Of a stretch of DNA of 64,000 nucleotides, positions 29,359 to 39,430 are shown one piece after another; positions within the stretch are counted from its first letter, which is position 1, and each line of letters begins with the position of its first letter. The stretch comes from a candidate division FCPU426 bacterium (GTDB lineage: Bacteria > Oederibacteriota > PGYV01 > Palsa-1178), in contig CAWIXE010000001.1 of NCBI GenBank assembly GCA_963840035.1, positions 672,001 through 736,000 of the forward strand, read 5' to 3'. The notes beneath the pieces are model-generated. The model was not told the DNA's origin, ran no database searches, and saw only the letters and a list, made by a program, of their open reading frames with translations. Both the position numbers and the translations under genes were made by a program.

Positions 29359-29490
29359 GGTAGCCGCAGCCTTCAGGCTGCGAAAGGCGGTTTGCGTACT
29401 TGGCGGGGAAGCAGAAGACAGAAATATTATTTTCGTTTTTGTAAATATTTGTCCATTTGCGACGTTACGCAGCCTGAAGGCTGCGGCTAC
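29359..29490. repeat. Paired GTAG REPs (GTAGCCGCAGCCTTCAGGCTGCG type)
   Basis: Inverted pair; third copy at ~36540. Confidence 0.75.
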
Positions 29491-29535
29491 AAAACCAATA
29501 GAAACAACCATATTCTATTGAAAAAGTGCAGAACT

Positions 29536-29670
29536 CTGTGGGAAATCCACAGAAAACCCATAATACGCTTTTAAAATATAGGGTTTTATGGAAATAACAG
29601 GTGTGGATAGCATGTGGATTAGCAATCTAAAGAGGGCTATAAAAATATGGGGTTTTTGGAGTTATCCACA
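29536..29670. promoter_or_regulatory. Cluster of DnaA-box-like 9-mers
   Basis: Perfect TTATCCACA 29662-29670; TGTGGATAG 29602 and TGTGGATTA 29613 (1 mismatch each); two weaker boxes 29537-29551. Confidence 0.55.
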
Positions 29671-29830
29671 TAATAGATTTTCAATTTTATATTTTCAATT
29701 TTCAATTAAATGCCAAAAACAGAACAGAACAAAAACCGTTATATTATTGTCAGGCTGTTTCATAATACGGATTTTAAATTTGACTGGAATTTGAAAAAAT
29801 GATATTATAAATAGAAAGGAGACCGCAGCT

Positions 29831-31321
29831 ATGATCCGTAAAGTTATCTCATCAAACAAAAAAATACTAAAAGAGGCCCTGACTTTTGACGACGTTTTGC
29901 TCGTCCCCCAGATGTCATCGGTGCTTCCCAGACAGGTGGAAGTAAAGACAAAATTCTCCAGGAATATAACCATAAATATACCGCTGGTATCAGCGGCAAT
30001 GGACACTGTAACAGAGGCCAAGCTGGCTATTGCCATAGCCCAGGAGGGCGGGATCGGCGTCATTCATAAGAACCTGACCATTGAAGAACAGGCAAAAGAG
30101 ATCGATAAGGTAAAGCGCTCTGAATCAGGCATGATATTAGACCCCATAACCCTGCACCCGGAATCAACGGTCGGTGAAGCGGCTGAATTTATGAACAAGT
30201 ACAGCGTCTCGGGATTCCCAATATGCGAAGGAAAAAAACTCGTAGGCATACTCACTAACAGGGACTTAAGGTTCGTAAAAAATAAAAAGCAGAAAATCAA
30301 GGAACTGATGACGCCTAAAGAAAGGCTCATCGTGGCCAACCACGGCATATCGCTTGAAAAAGCCCAGGAAATACTTCATAAGAACAGGATAGAGAAACTG
30401 CCTGTGGTCAGCAAGGATTTTGATTTAAAAGGGCTTATAACGATAAAGGACATCGAGAAAAAACTCAAGCATCCGTTTGCCGCCAAGGATAAATTCGGCA
30501 GGCTTATGGTCGCGGCGGCAGTAGGGCCCTCTGATGAACTTTTCGACAGGGCAGCGGCGCTTATTAACGCGGGCGTTGACGCGCTCGTGATTGAAACAGC
30601 GCATGGACATTCTGAAAATGTCATAAACGCCGTAAGGGACCTTAAAAAGAAATACAGGAACATCGACATGATAGCCGGAAACATAGCCACCGCGCGCGCG
30701 GCACAGGACTTAATAGAAGTGGGCGCGGACGGGGTTAAAGTGGGCATGGGGCCGGGTTCGATATGCACGACCAGGGTGGTAGCCGGAATCGGCGTGCCGC
30801 AGATAACAGCCATAATGGACGTTTATGAAGTGACCAGAAAAAAAGGCGTGACACTGATCGCCGACGGCGGAATTAAATATTCCGGGGATATAACAAAAGC
30901 CATAGCGGCAGGCGCGGACTCCGTAATGATTGGAAGCCTTTTTGCCGGCACCGAAGAATCGCCGGGAGAGACAGTGCTATTGGACGGCAGGAGCTTCAAG
31001 GTACACCGCGGCATGGGCTCTCTGGCTGCCATGAAAAAACGCGGCGGCAGGGAAAGATATTTCCAGTGGGAAGAAGAGGAAGAGAAACTCGTGCCGGAAG
31101 GCATTGAAGGAAGGGTTCCGTTCCGCGGCCAGCTTGCCTCCACAGTGCACCAGATGATAGGCGGCGTGCGCGCGGGGATGGGTTACTGCGGGACTGTCAA
31201 TATAAAAGAGCTTAAGGAAAAAACGCAGTTTGTTAAAATATCAAACGCAAGCCTGAAAGAAAGCCATCCTCACGATGTCATCATCACCAATGAGGCGCCG
31301 AATTACAGGATAATGAAGTAA
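29831..31321 (+). CDS. guaB: IMP dehydrogenase
   Basis: [13 protein letters not shown] pair, [16 protein letters not shown]. Confidence 0.97.
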   Translation: MIRKVISSNKKILKEALTFDDVLLVPQMSSVLPRQVEVKTKFSRNITINIPLVSAAMDTVTEAKLAIAIAQEGGIGVIHKNLTIEEQAKEIDKVKRSESGMILDPITLHPESTVGEAAEFMNKYSVSGFPICEGKKLVGILTNRDLRFVKNKKQKIKELMTPKERLIVANHGISLEKAQEILHKNRIEKLPVVSKDFDLKGLITIKDIEKKLKHPFAAKDKFGRLMVAAAVGPSDELFDRAAALINAGVDALVIETAHGHSENVINAVRDLKKKYRNIDMIAGNIATARAAQDLIEVGADGVKVGMGPGSICTTRVVAGIGVPQITAIMDVYEVTRKKGVTLIADGGIKYSGDITKAIAAGADSVMIGSLFAGTEESPGETVLLDGRSFKVHRGMGSLAAMKKRGGRERYFQWEEEEEKLVPEGIEGRVPFRGQLASTVHQMIGGVRAGMGYCGTVNIKELKEKTQFVKISNASLKESHPHDVIITNEAPNYRIMK

Positions 31322-31378
31322 GCACGCAATTTAAAATCTAAAATTTTAAATTTAAAATTGAAAAATAAAGGATAAACC

Positions 31379-32926
31379 ATGAAACACGACACGATACTTG
31401 TTCTTGATTTCGGTTCCCAGTATACCCAGCTTATCGCGCGCAGGGTCAGGGAGATGGATGTTTATTCGGAGATAATGCCGTTTAACCATTCTTTTGAAAA
31501 AATTAAAGAGATGGCGCCCAAGGGCATAATCCTTTCGGGAAGCCCGGCTTCCATATACGATAAAAAAGCGCCGCTTCCTGACATGAGGATATTTGACCTC
31601 GGCGTGCCGATTCTGGGCATATGTTACGGCATGCAGGTTGTGGCAAAAAAGTTCGGCGGCAGGGTGGAAAAAGGCGAACACAGGGAATACGGATTTACCG
31701 AACTCAGGCTCACTGAGAAAGACCCGCTGTTAAAGGACCTCTTTAAGCAGGAAATAGTCTGGATGAGCCACGGCGACAAACTTGTAAAAAAACCGACTGG
31801 GTTCAAGACCCTTGCCGTGACCGACACCTCTGATTTCGCGGTCATATCTAACGCTGAAAAAAAGGTGTGGGCCATACAGTTCCACCCGGAAGTCGTGCAC
31901 ACGAAAAACGGAAAGCTCATATTATATAATTTTGTGACGGACATATGCAGGGCAAAGCAGAACTGGACGCCCGAGTCCTACATAAAGGCTACAGTAGAAG
32001 AGATAAAAAACAGGGTCGGCAATGAGCGCGTACTCTGCGCGGTGTCAGGCGGCGTTGACTCGACTGTCGCCTCGGTTTTGATAAGCAAGGCAATCGGCGA
32101 TAAATTGACCTGCGTTTTTGTGGACAACGGCCTTCTGCGCCTGGATGAAGACAGGAAAGTCATGGAGATGTTTAAAAAGCTCGGCATAAAAGTAACACTA
32201 ATAAAGGCCGCAGAGGCTTTTTTAACGCGGCTTAAGGGCGTGTCTGACCCTGAGAAAAAAAGGAAGATAATCGGCAATTATTTCATAGACGTATTTGAAA
32301 AGCACACGAAGAAGCTCAAGGCAAAGCTCGGAAGGTTCGAGTTTTTGGCGCAGGGCACGCTTTATCCGGACTTGATTGAAAGCGTCTCGGTTAAAGGCCC
32401 GTCAGCCATGATAAAGTCGCACCATAACGTGGGCGGGCTTCCGGAAAAAATGGAAATGAAACTCGTGGAGCCGCTGCGCTACCTGTTTAAAGACGAGGTA
32501 AGGGAGATAGGAAAAAAATTGGGCATAGCGCAGGACATACTCTGGCGCCAGCCGTTCCCCGGCCCCGGGCTTGCGGTCAGGATACTTGGCGATGTCACAA
32601 AAGAAAGAACGACCATATTAAAGAAGGCTGACAACATAATAGTCGAAGAGATAAAAAAGGCCGGGCTGTATTTCAAGATATGGCAGTCCTTCGGTGTGCT
32701 CCTGCCGGTTAAGACAGTGGGCGTCATGGGCGATTTGCGCACGTATGAAAATGTCATAGCGCTGCGCGCCGTGGATTCCAAGGACGGCATGACAGCCGAA
32801 TGGGTGAAGCTTCCTTATGACGTATTGAACAATATTTCCTCGAGGGTAATTAACGAGGTTAAGGGTGTTAACAGGGTGGTGTATGACATAAGCAACAAAC
32901 CGCCGGCAACGATAGAGTGGGAATAG
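31379..32926 (+). CDS. guaA: GMP synthase (glutamine-hydrolysing)
   Basis: [41 protein letters not shown]. Confidence 0.98.
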   Translation: MKHDTILVLDFGSQYTQLIARRVREMDVYSEIMPFNHSFEKIKEMAPKGIILSGSPASIYDKKAPLPDMRIFDLGVPILGICYGMQVVAKKFGGRVEKGEHREYGFTELRLTEKDPLLKDLFKQEIVWMSHGDKLVKKPTGFKTLAVTDTSDFAVISNAEKKVWAIQFHPEVVHTKNGKLILYNFVTDICRAKQNWTPESYIKATVEEIKNRVGNERVLCAVSGGVDSTVASVLISKAIGDKLTCVFVDNGLLRLDEDRKVMEMFKKLGIKVTLIKAAEAFLTRLKGVSDPEKKRKIIGNYFIDVFEKHTKKLKAKLGRFEFLAQGTLYPDLIESVSVKGPSAMIKSHHNVGGLPEKMEMKLVEPLRYLFKDEVREIGKKLGIAQDILWRQPFPGPGLAVRILGDVTKERTTILKKADNIIVEEIKKAGLYFKIWQSFGVLLPVKTVGVMGDLRTYENVIALRAVDSKDGMTAEWVKLPYDVLNNISSRVINEVKGVNRVVYDISNKPPATIEWE

Positions 32927-33064
32927 ATTCATTTTAAATTTTAAATTTTATATTTTAGATTTATGGTTAGCGCTGCGCGCTTTTTATCATAATTAAGTGC
33001 AAAAGCACACCTTAAATCTAAAATTTAAAATCTAAAATATAAAATTATGAGGGTGGTATAAGGG

Positions 33065-35080
33065 ATGATAAGTTTCGGCCGTCACATTTGCAATGACTTT
33101 AACATTGCGATAGAGAAGGAGTGGATAATAACCAACAAAAAGGGAAGCTTTGCTTCCTCCACTATCCTTATGGCCAATACCCGCAAACACCACGGACTGC
33201 TTGTGGCCAAGTTTCCCGGCATAGACAACAGGATAGTGGTATTCCCCAACTGCGACGAAGATGTGGAAATAGCAGGACACATCTACAACATATCCACTCA
33301 TAAATACCGCGAGACAGTATATCCAAAGGGTTTCGCCCACCTGGAGAACTTCGGGTTAAAAGACGACATCATAACCATGCTTTTCCTCATAGACAATGTC
33401 CGCCTTAAAAAAGAAATATTCCTCATGAAGGATTCCAATACCACGGTGATAACATATACCGTGCTGACGCCGAATTCATTCGCAAAGCTCCATGTAAAGC
33501 CTTTCATCGCCTTCAGGGAAGCTGAAAACCTCATAAGGGAAATGCCGATATTTGACGCAAATGTAACCGTGGAGAGCCCCGATAAAATAAAACTTCAGCC
33601 ATACATGAACATACCGCCGGCTTATATTTACAACCCTGACGGCGCTGAGTTCAAGCAGGAAGGCGTATGGTACAGGGACTTTTATTATCTGCGGGAGGGC
33701 CAGTCCGGTTTTGAATCCACGGAGGACCTTTATAACCTGGGTATATTTACCCTGGACATTGAGTATAACAGCCCAAAATCAATAGTGTTTTCAACGGAGA
33801 ATCTTACCGGAGTCAGCAGGGAAGGGCTCTGGAAACAATACAGGGCGCAGATAAAGAAGGTAAAGGACCTCTGCAAAGAAACAGGGTCATGCGTAAAAGA
33901 TGACGATTACAGGATGAATGTGCAGCAGCTTTTAGCCGCGGCGGAATCATTCGCCATAGAAGATAATGACGGGGTTCCCATGGTCGTGGCCGGATATCCG
34001 TGGCCGCATTACATATGGTTCAGGGACGCCTTTGCGGCGCTGCCCGGGCTCTTCCTTGTGACGGGAAAATACGCGGACGCCAAGCGCCTGCTTGCCGAAT
34101 CCATAAAGTTCGAGAAAAACGGGCTGCTGCCCCTTAACATGACCATAAATAAGAACGACATAAAATACGCCTCAGCGGATACCACGCTGTGGTTTTTCTT
34201 CGCGCTGTATAAGTATCTGGTATACACAAAGGATTTCTCCCTTGTCGACAAAGGCGGCGAATTTTTCAAAAGGCTAACTTGGATCATACAAAAGCACGTC
34301 GAGGGCACTGATTTTAACATACACATGGCGGACGATTCCCTGCTGTACGCGGGTTATCCCGGGCTTCAGCTGACGTGGATGGACACCAAGGTCGGAGCCA
34401 CAGCCAGGCAGGGCAAGGCCGTGGAAATAAACGCGCTTTGGTATAACGCGATAAAGATCATGGAATTTATATGCAAAAATAACAGCGAGCCGCAAATGGC
34501 GGAGTCATACGGCGCCATGGCAAAGAAAGTTTATGACAGCTTCAACGAAAAGTTCTGGGATGAGGAGGCGGGATGCCTTTATGACTGCATTGAAAACGGA
34601 CATAAGGACGCTTCTGTCAGGCCCAACCAGGTGCTGGCAATAAGCCTGCCTTTTATGCTCATTGAGGATGAAAACAAACGCGAGATGATAATGAATACCG
34701 TGATCAAGGAATTATACACGTCATTCGGCTTAAGGACCCTGTCTAACATGAACCCGAATTTCAAGGCACGCTATGACGGAAACCAGGGAGCGCGCGACTC
34801 CGCAGCGCACCAGGGTACTGTGTGGGCGTGGACTACGGGCCATTTTGTGACCGCGTACTTAAAGACATACGGCACGGGCAAGGAATCCATGGATTTCATA
34901 GAAACCGTATATGAACCCATCTTTGAGCACTTAAAAAACGCCGGGCTGGGCACTGTTTCCGAAATGTTTGACGGGAATTTCCCGTATAACGCGCGCGGAA
35001 GGATATCGCACGCGTGGGCCGTGGCAGAACTGCTGCGCTCTTACATCGAAGACTATACAGCGGTAAATGAAAAAGCATAA
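33065..35080 (+). CDS. Amylo-alpha-1,6-glucosidase / glycogen debranching enzyme (GH133-like)
   Basis: EWIITN..GSFAS, AGYPW...WFRD, LTWMD, GKAVEINALWYNA, RPNQ, HQGTVWAW. Confidence 0.9.
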   Translation: MISFGRHICNDFNIAIEKEWIITNKKGSFASSTILMANTRKHHGLLVAKFPGIDNRIVVFPNCDEDVEIAGHIYNISTHKYRETVYPKGFAHLENFGLKDDIITMLFLIDNVRLKKEIFLMKDSNTTVITYTVLTPNSFAKLHVKPFIAFREAENLIREMPIFDANVTVESPDKIKLQPYMNIPPAYIYNPDGAEFKQEGVWYRDFYYLREGQSGFESTEDLYNLGIFTLDIEYNSPKSIVFSTENLTGVSREGLWKQYRAQIKKVKDLCKETGSCVKDDDYRMNVQQLLAAAESFAIEDNDGVPMVVAGYPWPHYIWFRDAFAALPGLFLVTGKYADAKRLLAESIKFEKNGLLPLNMTINKNDIKYASADTTLWFFFALYKYLVYTKDFSLVDKGGEFFKRLTWIIQKHVEGTDFNIHMADDSLLYAGYPGLQLTWMDTKVGATARQGKAVEINALWYNAIKIMEFICKNNSEPQMAESYGAMAKKVYDSFNEKFWDEEAGCLYDCIENGHKDASVRPNQVLAISLPFMLIEDENKREMIMNTVIKELYTSFGLRTLSNMNPNFKARYDGNQGARDSAAHQGTVWAWTTGHFVTAYLKTYGTGKESMDFIETVYEPIFEHLKNAGLGTVSEMFDGNFPYNARGRISHAWAVAELLRSYIEDYTAVNEKA

Positions 35081-35630
35081 CATACTTGTCATACTGGCAA
35101 GCCCGAGGAAGGGGAGCAACTCCGCCCTCGCCGCGCTGTATTTGGCCGGGATCACAGATTCCAGGCTCCAAATCTCAAACTTAAACACCTTAAATATCCA
35201 CCCGTGCACCGCCTGCGACAAATGCGAAAACACCTTTAAGTGCGTTTTTAATGACGACGCGGGCAAACTCATCAGAAAAATTGAAAAAGCCGATGTTGTC
35301 ATCGTTGCTTCGCCTGTTTATTTTACCGGGGTACCGGGGGTTTTTAAGGTGTTTATAGACAGGAACCAGAGCGTGTGGAATAAACAGAACTCAAAACTTA
35401 AAGCTGAAAATTTAAAACTGAAACAGGGAATAATCATTCTGACCCAGGGCGATAACAAACCAAAATATTTCCGCCCGGCGGAAAGCGAAATACGCTCTTT
35501 TTTCGCGGTCAACGGTATAAAGACAAAAGCCGTACTTAAGTTTACCTCCATGGACAGGCAGAAATCCATACTTTCGGATAAAAAAGCGTTGAAAAAAATA
35601 AAGGCCGCGGCAGGGTTGATACATGGATGA
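35067..35630 (+). CDS. Iron-sulfur flavoprotein / NADPH-dependent FMN reductase family
   Basis: SPRKGSNS, CTACDKC...C...DD, ASPVYF. Confidence 0.85.
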   Translation: MKKHNILVILASPRKGSNSALAALYLAGITDSRLQISNLNTLNIHPCTACDKCENTFKCVFNDDAGKLIRKIEKADVVIVASPVYFTGVPGVFKVFIDRNQSVWNKQNSKLKAENLKLKQGIIILTQGDNKPKYFRPAESEIRSFFAVNGIKTKAVLKFTSMDRQKSILSDKKALKKIKAAAGLIHG

Positions 35631-36495
35631 AAGGGAAGAAGCGTTCATAAATTTCATACAGTTTGAAAAAGGGCTGTCTTCAAACACCATAAAGGCGTAC
35701 AAATCAGACCTTAAAATATTTAACCAATTCCTTAAATCCCATGAAATAAGTTCCCCTTCCGAAGACGAGATCCTGGATTTTATATTTGAGCTGAAAAATA
35801 AAAAACACGCGGAACTTTCCATAGCGAGGGCCCTGGTTACAATCAGGAATTTTTATAAATTCATGGTCAGGACAGGGCATATGAAAAAAAGCCCTTTTGA
35901 GGACATGGATTCCTTCAAGACCCACAAGCACATACCCGAAGTACTCACAGGCGCTGACATAGAGCGCATGTCCGCCGCCATAGACCCGGCTAAAAAGGAA
36001 GGTATACGCGACAGGGCCATAATGGAACTTTTGTATTCGGCGGGGCTGCGCGTATCCGAGCTTGTCAGCCTTGAGCTGACTGACATTGACCTGGAGGAGA
36101 AGATACTACGGTGTTTTGGCAAGGGGTCAAAAGAACGGCTGGTGCCGGTGGGCGATTTTGTGGTAGAATCGCTTTCGGAGTACCTGGACATAAGGAAATC
36201 ATTCATAAAGGATTTTTCGCCGCATCTTTTTGTGACAAGGCTCGGGAAAAAGTTTACAAGGGAAGGCATATGGAAGGTTGTAAAGGGTTACGCGAAGAAA
36301 GCCAAAATAACAAAAGACGTTTACCCGCACATATTCAGGCACTCGTTTGCCACGCACCTGCTCGCAGGCGGCGCTGACCTAAGGAGCGTTCAGGAAATGC
36401 TGGGCCACGCGGACATATCCACAACGCAGATTTACACGCACGTGGACAGGACGAGGTTAAAGAAGATACATAAGCAATTTCACCCGCGAGGGTAG
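35623..36495 (+). CDS. xerD: Tyrosine recombinase XerD
   Basis: EKGLSSNTIKAY, LYSAGLRVSEL, GKGSKER, HIFRHSFATHLL, LGHADISTTQIY, HPRG. Confidence 0.9.
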   Translation: MDEREEAFINFIQFEKGLSSNTIKAYKSDLKIFNQFLKSHEISSPSEDEILDFIFELKNKKHAELSIARALVTIRNFYKFMVRTGHMKKSPFEDMDSFKTHKHIPEVLTGADIERMSAAIDPAKKEGIRDRAIMELLYSAGLRVSELVSLELTDIDLEEKILRCFGKGSKERLVPVGDFVVESLSEYLDIRKSFIKDFSPHLFVTRLGKKFTREGIWKVVKGYAKKAKITKDVYPHIFRHSFATHLLAGGADLRSVQEMLGHADISTTQIYTHVDRTRLKKIHKQFHPRG

Positions 36496-36611
36496 TGGGT
36501 AGTGGGTGGTGGGTAGTAGGTGGTAGGTGGTGAGTGGTGGTAGCCGCAGCCTTCAGGCTGCGTAAGGAAGGAAGTTAGTTCGGAGGGTGGAGGGTAGAGT
36601 TCGGAGTGGTA

Positions 36612-36905
36612 GAACTAAGAACAACGAACAATAAACAACGAACAACGAACAATGAACAACGAACAACGAACAATGAACAACGAACAATGAACAACGAACA
36701 ACGAACAACGAACAACGAACAACGAACAACGAACAACGAACAACGAACAACGAACAACGAACAACGAACAACGAACAACGAACAACGAACAACGAACAAC
36801 GAACAACGAACAACGAATAACGAACAACGAACAACGAACAACGAACAACGAACAACGAACAACGAACAACGAACAACGAACAACGAACAACGAACAACGA
36901 ACAAC
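36612..36905. repeat. Heptamer microsatellite (GAACAAC)n, ~40 units
   Basis: Direct reading; ends at the AGGAGG RBS of the next gene. Confidence 0.95.
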
Positions 36906-36915
36906 AGGAGGACTT

Positions 36916-37437
36916 ATGAGTAAGAGATTTATAACCATGGTAATTCTCGCAACAATTGTGGGAATTATGGCTGTTTATTTCGCGGGGCTGGGCATAAAGA
37001 ACATCAGTGAGAAAAACTCTCTTCATAAGTTTGAGGCAGTCGTGGAAAAGGTTGTGGACGGGGATACCGTTGTAACCGATGCGGGCGAGAAAGTGCGGTT
37101 TCTTGGCGTTGACACCCCGGAGCTTCACCACCCTGACCGGCCTGAGGAGCCTTTCGCGCAGGAGGCAAAGCAGTATGTTAAGGAAAGGATAGAGGGTAAA
37201 AAATGCGTTTTTGAGTACACCGACCGCGACCACTATGACAAATACGGAAGGACGCTGGCTTTCATATATATTGACGGCGACCTCCTGAACTCGGAACTTG
37301 TGAAAAAAGGGTATGGTTACGCGAGTGTAAGCAAGTTCATATCTAAAACAAAAGAATTCCTTGTGCTTGAAAATATAGCAAAAAAGTTCAGGCTCGGATT
37401 ATGGCAGTATAAAGAAGGAGGACAGAAGAAAAAATGA
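36916..37437 (+). CDS. Thermonuclease (SNase-like)
   Basis: VVDGDT, VRFLGVDTPE, DKYGRTLA, LVKKGY, GLW; N-terminal anchor. Confidence 0.92.
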   Translation: MSKRFITMVILATIVGIMAVYFAGLGIKNISEKNSLHKFEAVVEKVVDGDTVVTDAGEKVRFLGVDTPELHHPDRPEEPFAQEAKQYVKERIEGKKCVFEYTDRDHYDKYGRTLAFIYIDGDLLNSELVKKGYGYASVSKFISKTKEFLVLENIAKKFRLGLWQYKEGGQKKK

Positions 37438-37943
37438 ATGATGATATGAAGCAGCAAGGCGGATTTGCGTTAAAGGCGGTTGTCGTGGTACTTGCCGCCA
37501 TAGTGGTCATGTTTTTCGCGAAGATATGGATAGTGGACCCGCTCATGTCAGCGCATGAGGCAAAGGAAGGGCCTGAAGCCTCGGAAGAGCCGTATGAAAA
37601 AAAGTGGGATGACGCGGCCAGGCAGCCGGAGAAGAACTGGTCAAAGTTCAAGAAAAAGATAGACTGGAAAAACGCCGGGGACTACATAGACCAGTACGTG
37701 GAGGTCGAGGGCACGGTGGTATCCTCGCATAAAACAGAAAAGATATGCTACCTGAACTTTGACAAGGATTATAAAAGGTACATGGCGCTCATCATATTTG
37801 CCGGGTCATTTAAGAAGTTCCCGGACAACCCTGAAAAATATTACATGGGCAAGAAAGTAAAGGTTGAAGGCAGGGTAAAGGAATATAAGGGAAGGCTGGA
37901 AATAGTATTGGGGTCGCCGGAACAGATAAAGTTGCTGGAGTAG
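37434..37943 (+). CDS. Membrane-anchored OB-fold nucleic-acid-binding protein
   Basis: VEGTV..YLNF..IIF..Y.GKKV.V.G.VKEYKG.LEI; ATGA overlap with nuclease gene. Confidence 0.75.
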   Translation: MNDDMKQQGGFALKAVVVVLAAIVVMFFAKIWIVDPLMSAHEAKEGPEASEEPYEKKWDDAARQPEKNWSKFKKKIDWKNAGDYIDQYVEVEGTVVSSHKTEKICYLNFDKDYKRYMALIIFAGSFKKFPDNPEKYYMGKKVKVEGRVKEYKGRLEIVLGSPEQIKLLE

Positions 37944-37989
37944 GGAATAAAATGGAAATTAACAGTCGTTTAAAGATTTATTATGTTTC

Positions 37990-38050
37990 GTAGAGACGCC
38001 ACCCGTGGGCGTCTCAGTGCTGCGAGACGGGCACGGGTCCCGTCTCTACG
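37990..38050. repeat. Paired GTAG REPs
   Basis: GTAGagacgccacccgtgggcgtctc ... gagacgggcacgggtcccgtctCTAC. Confidence 0.75.
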
Positions 38051-38111
38051 GGGGTTTTTACAAGAATGTATTTATGGGTTTAAAACATTATAGATTAATC
38101 AGGAGGAAAAG

Positions 38112-39104
38112 ATGAAAAAAGTCGGGCTGTTAATCGCGGTATTTTTTGTATTTACAGTTTTTTCCATGGCGGCAGTGGAGACGAAGTTTTACGGGTTCCA
38201 GTGGATAAAATATAATCTGAGCTATACAGGTGCGTCGCAAACATCAAGCACATTTTGCATACCCAGGACTTATTTAAGGTGGAAGATGAAGGACGCGGAA
38301 ATGGGATGGGAAGGGAACCTCACGCTGGATGTAAATAACGACCAGTACGGGCAGGAAGTAACCACGACCGCCTCCACAGGCAACCTTGACTGGGCCGCGT
38401 TCATAAAGCACGGTTATGTGGTATTAAACAAAATACCGCTTTTATCCGACGCCGGAATTTCACTTAAAGTCGGGTTGCAGCCCACATATTACGGCGTCAT
38501 AGACACATGGTGGTCGCCGCTCATAGAACGCTGCGTGGAGGATATCAGGGGAGTTATTTCAGCCGCTGACCAGGGAATAATAATTGACGGTACCATCCCG
38601 GCGGGATTTGGAAGTTATCAGGCGGGCATATATAACGGGACAGGGTACAGAAAGATGGAAAGTGATTTTGAAAAAATGGCGCTGGCAAGGGTTATAATAA
38701 CGCCGATCAAAGAAGCATATTTACGGGCTTCGTATTTCAGAAATATAACAGGGGGAAAACTTACCGCCTCAACCGATTTTGTGATTGGCGGCGCGGTGGG
38801 GCCGGTTGACGGTTTCGCTGAGTATGTTGTGAAAGCCGGCGATATTACTTCCATAGGGTGGAGCGGGTACTTGAATTACAATATAACCGATCCGCTTTCT
38901 TTCATGATAAGGTATGACAACTGGAAGGCTGATACGAGACAGGCCAACGTCCAGGAACACGTGTATATCGCCGGTATTAATTACAAAATAATGGGTGAGA
39001 ATGTTTTGCTGCAGCTTAATTATCAGATGAATAACCTGAGCCTTGGCAGCGGTGTGAACACATATAAGACACAGTATCTGGCGCAGATAAAGTGGTCGTG
39101 GTAA
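38112..39104 (+). CDS. Putative outer-membrane porin
   Basis: Signal peptide, PRTYL, IKHGY, GIYNGTGY, RYD, C-terminal Trp. Confidence 0.7.
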   Translation: MKKVGLLIAVFFVFTVFSMAAVETKFYGFQWIKYNLSYTGASQTSSTFCIPRTYLRWKMKDAEMGWEGNLTLDVNNDQYGQEVTTTASTGNLDWAAFIKHGYVVLNKIPLLSDAGISLKVGLQPTYYGVIDTWWSPLIERCVEDIRGVISAADQGIIIDGTIPAGFGSYQAGIYNGTGYRKMESDFEKMALARVIITPIKEAYLRASYFRNITGGKLTASTDFVIGGAVGPVDGFAEYVVKAGDITSIGWSGYLNYNITDPLSFMIRYDNWKADTRQANVQEHVYIAGINYKIMGENVLLQLNYQMNNLSLGSGVNTYKTQYLAQIKWSW

Positions 39105-39148
39105 GGCCATAAGAAAATTAATAATAAGTAAAGAATAATCAGGGCATA

Positions 39149-39178
39149 AAAGGGCGCGGATAAAACCGCGTCCTTTTG
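39149..39178 (+). terminator. Intrinsic terminator
   Basis: aaagggcgcgg-ataaaa-ccgcgtcctttt. Confidence 0.65.
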
Positions 39179-39185
39179 TTTTTTT

Positions 39186-39272
39186 TCCTCTCCCATTTGG
39201 GAGAGGGTAGGGTGAGGGGAATAAGTCACTTGGTTTCACCTCACCCCAGCCCCTCTCCTAAGAGGAGAGGGG
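39186..39272. repeat. CCTCTCCC..GGGAGAGGG.AGGGTGAGGG / CCTCACCCC..CCCTCTCC REP doublet
   Basis: Homologous copies at 60790-60902 and partial at ~5-40. Confidence 0.8.
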
Positions 39273-39430
39273 AAGAAGGGGGTTTAAACCGAAATAGGAA
39301 AAGCATAAGCGAATTTATATAGAATCAGATACATCAACCTCAAGGTTTTGTCCGTTGTGTTTATTTTGAAACAATGATAGATTATATCCCATAAGGGATA
39401 CAAAAACTAAAACCCGCGGAGAAGATTAAT

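Noticed and set aside
35623..36495. Prophage/island integrase
   Set aside because: Length and motifs fit housekeeping XerD; operonic with metabolic genes; no att or phage genes seen.
36553..37233. ORFs with (VVRCSLF)n or (NNEQRTT)n
   Set aside because: Translations of the heptamer microsatellite; no evidence of coding.
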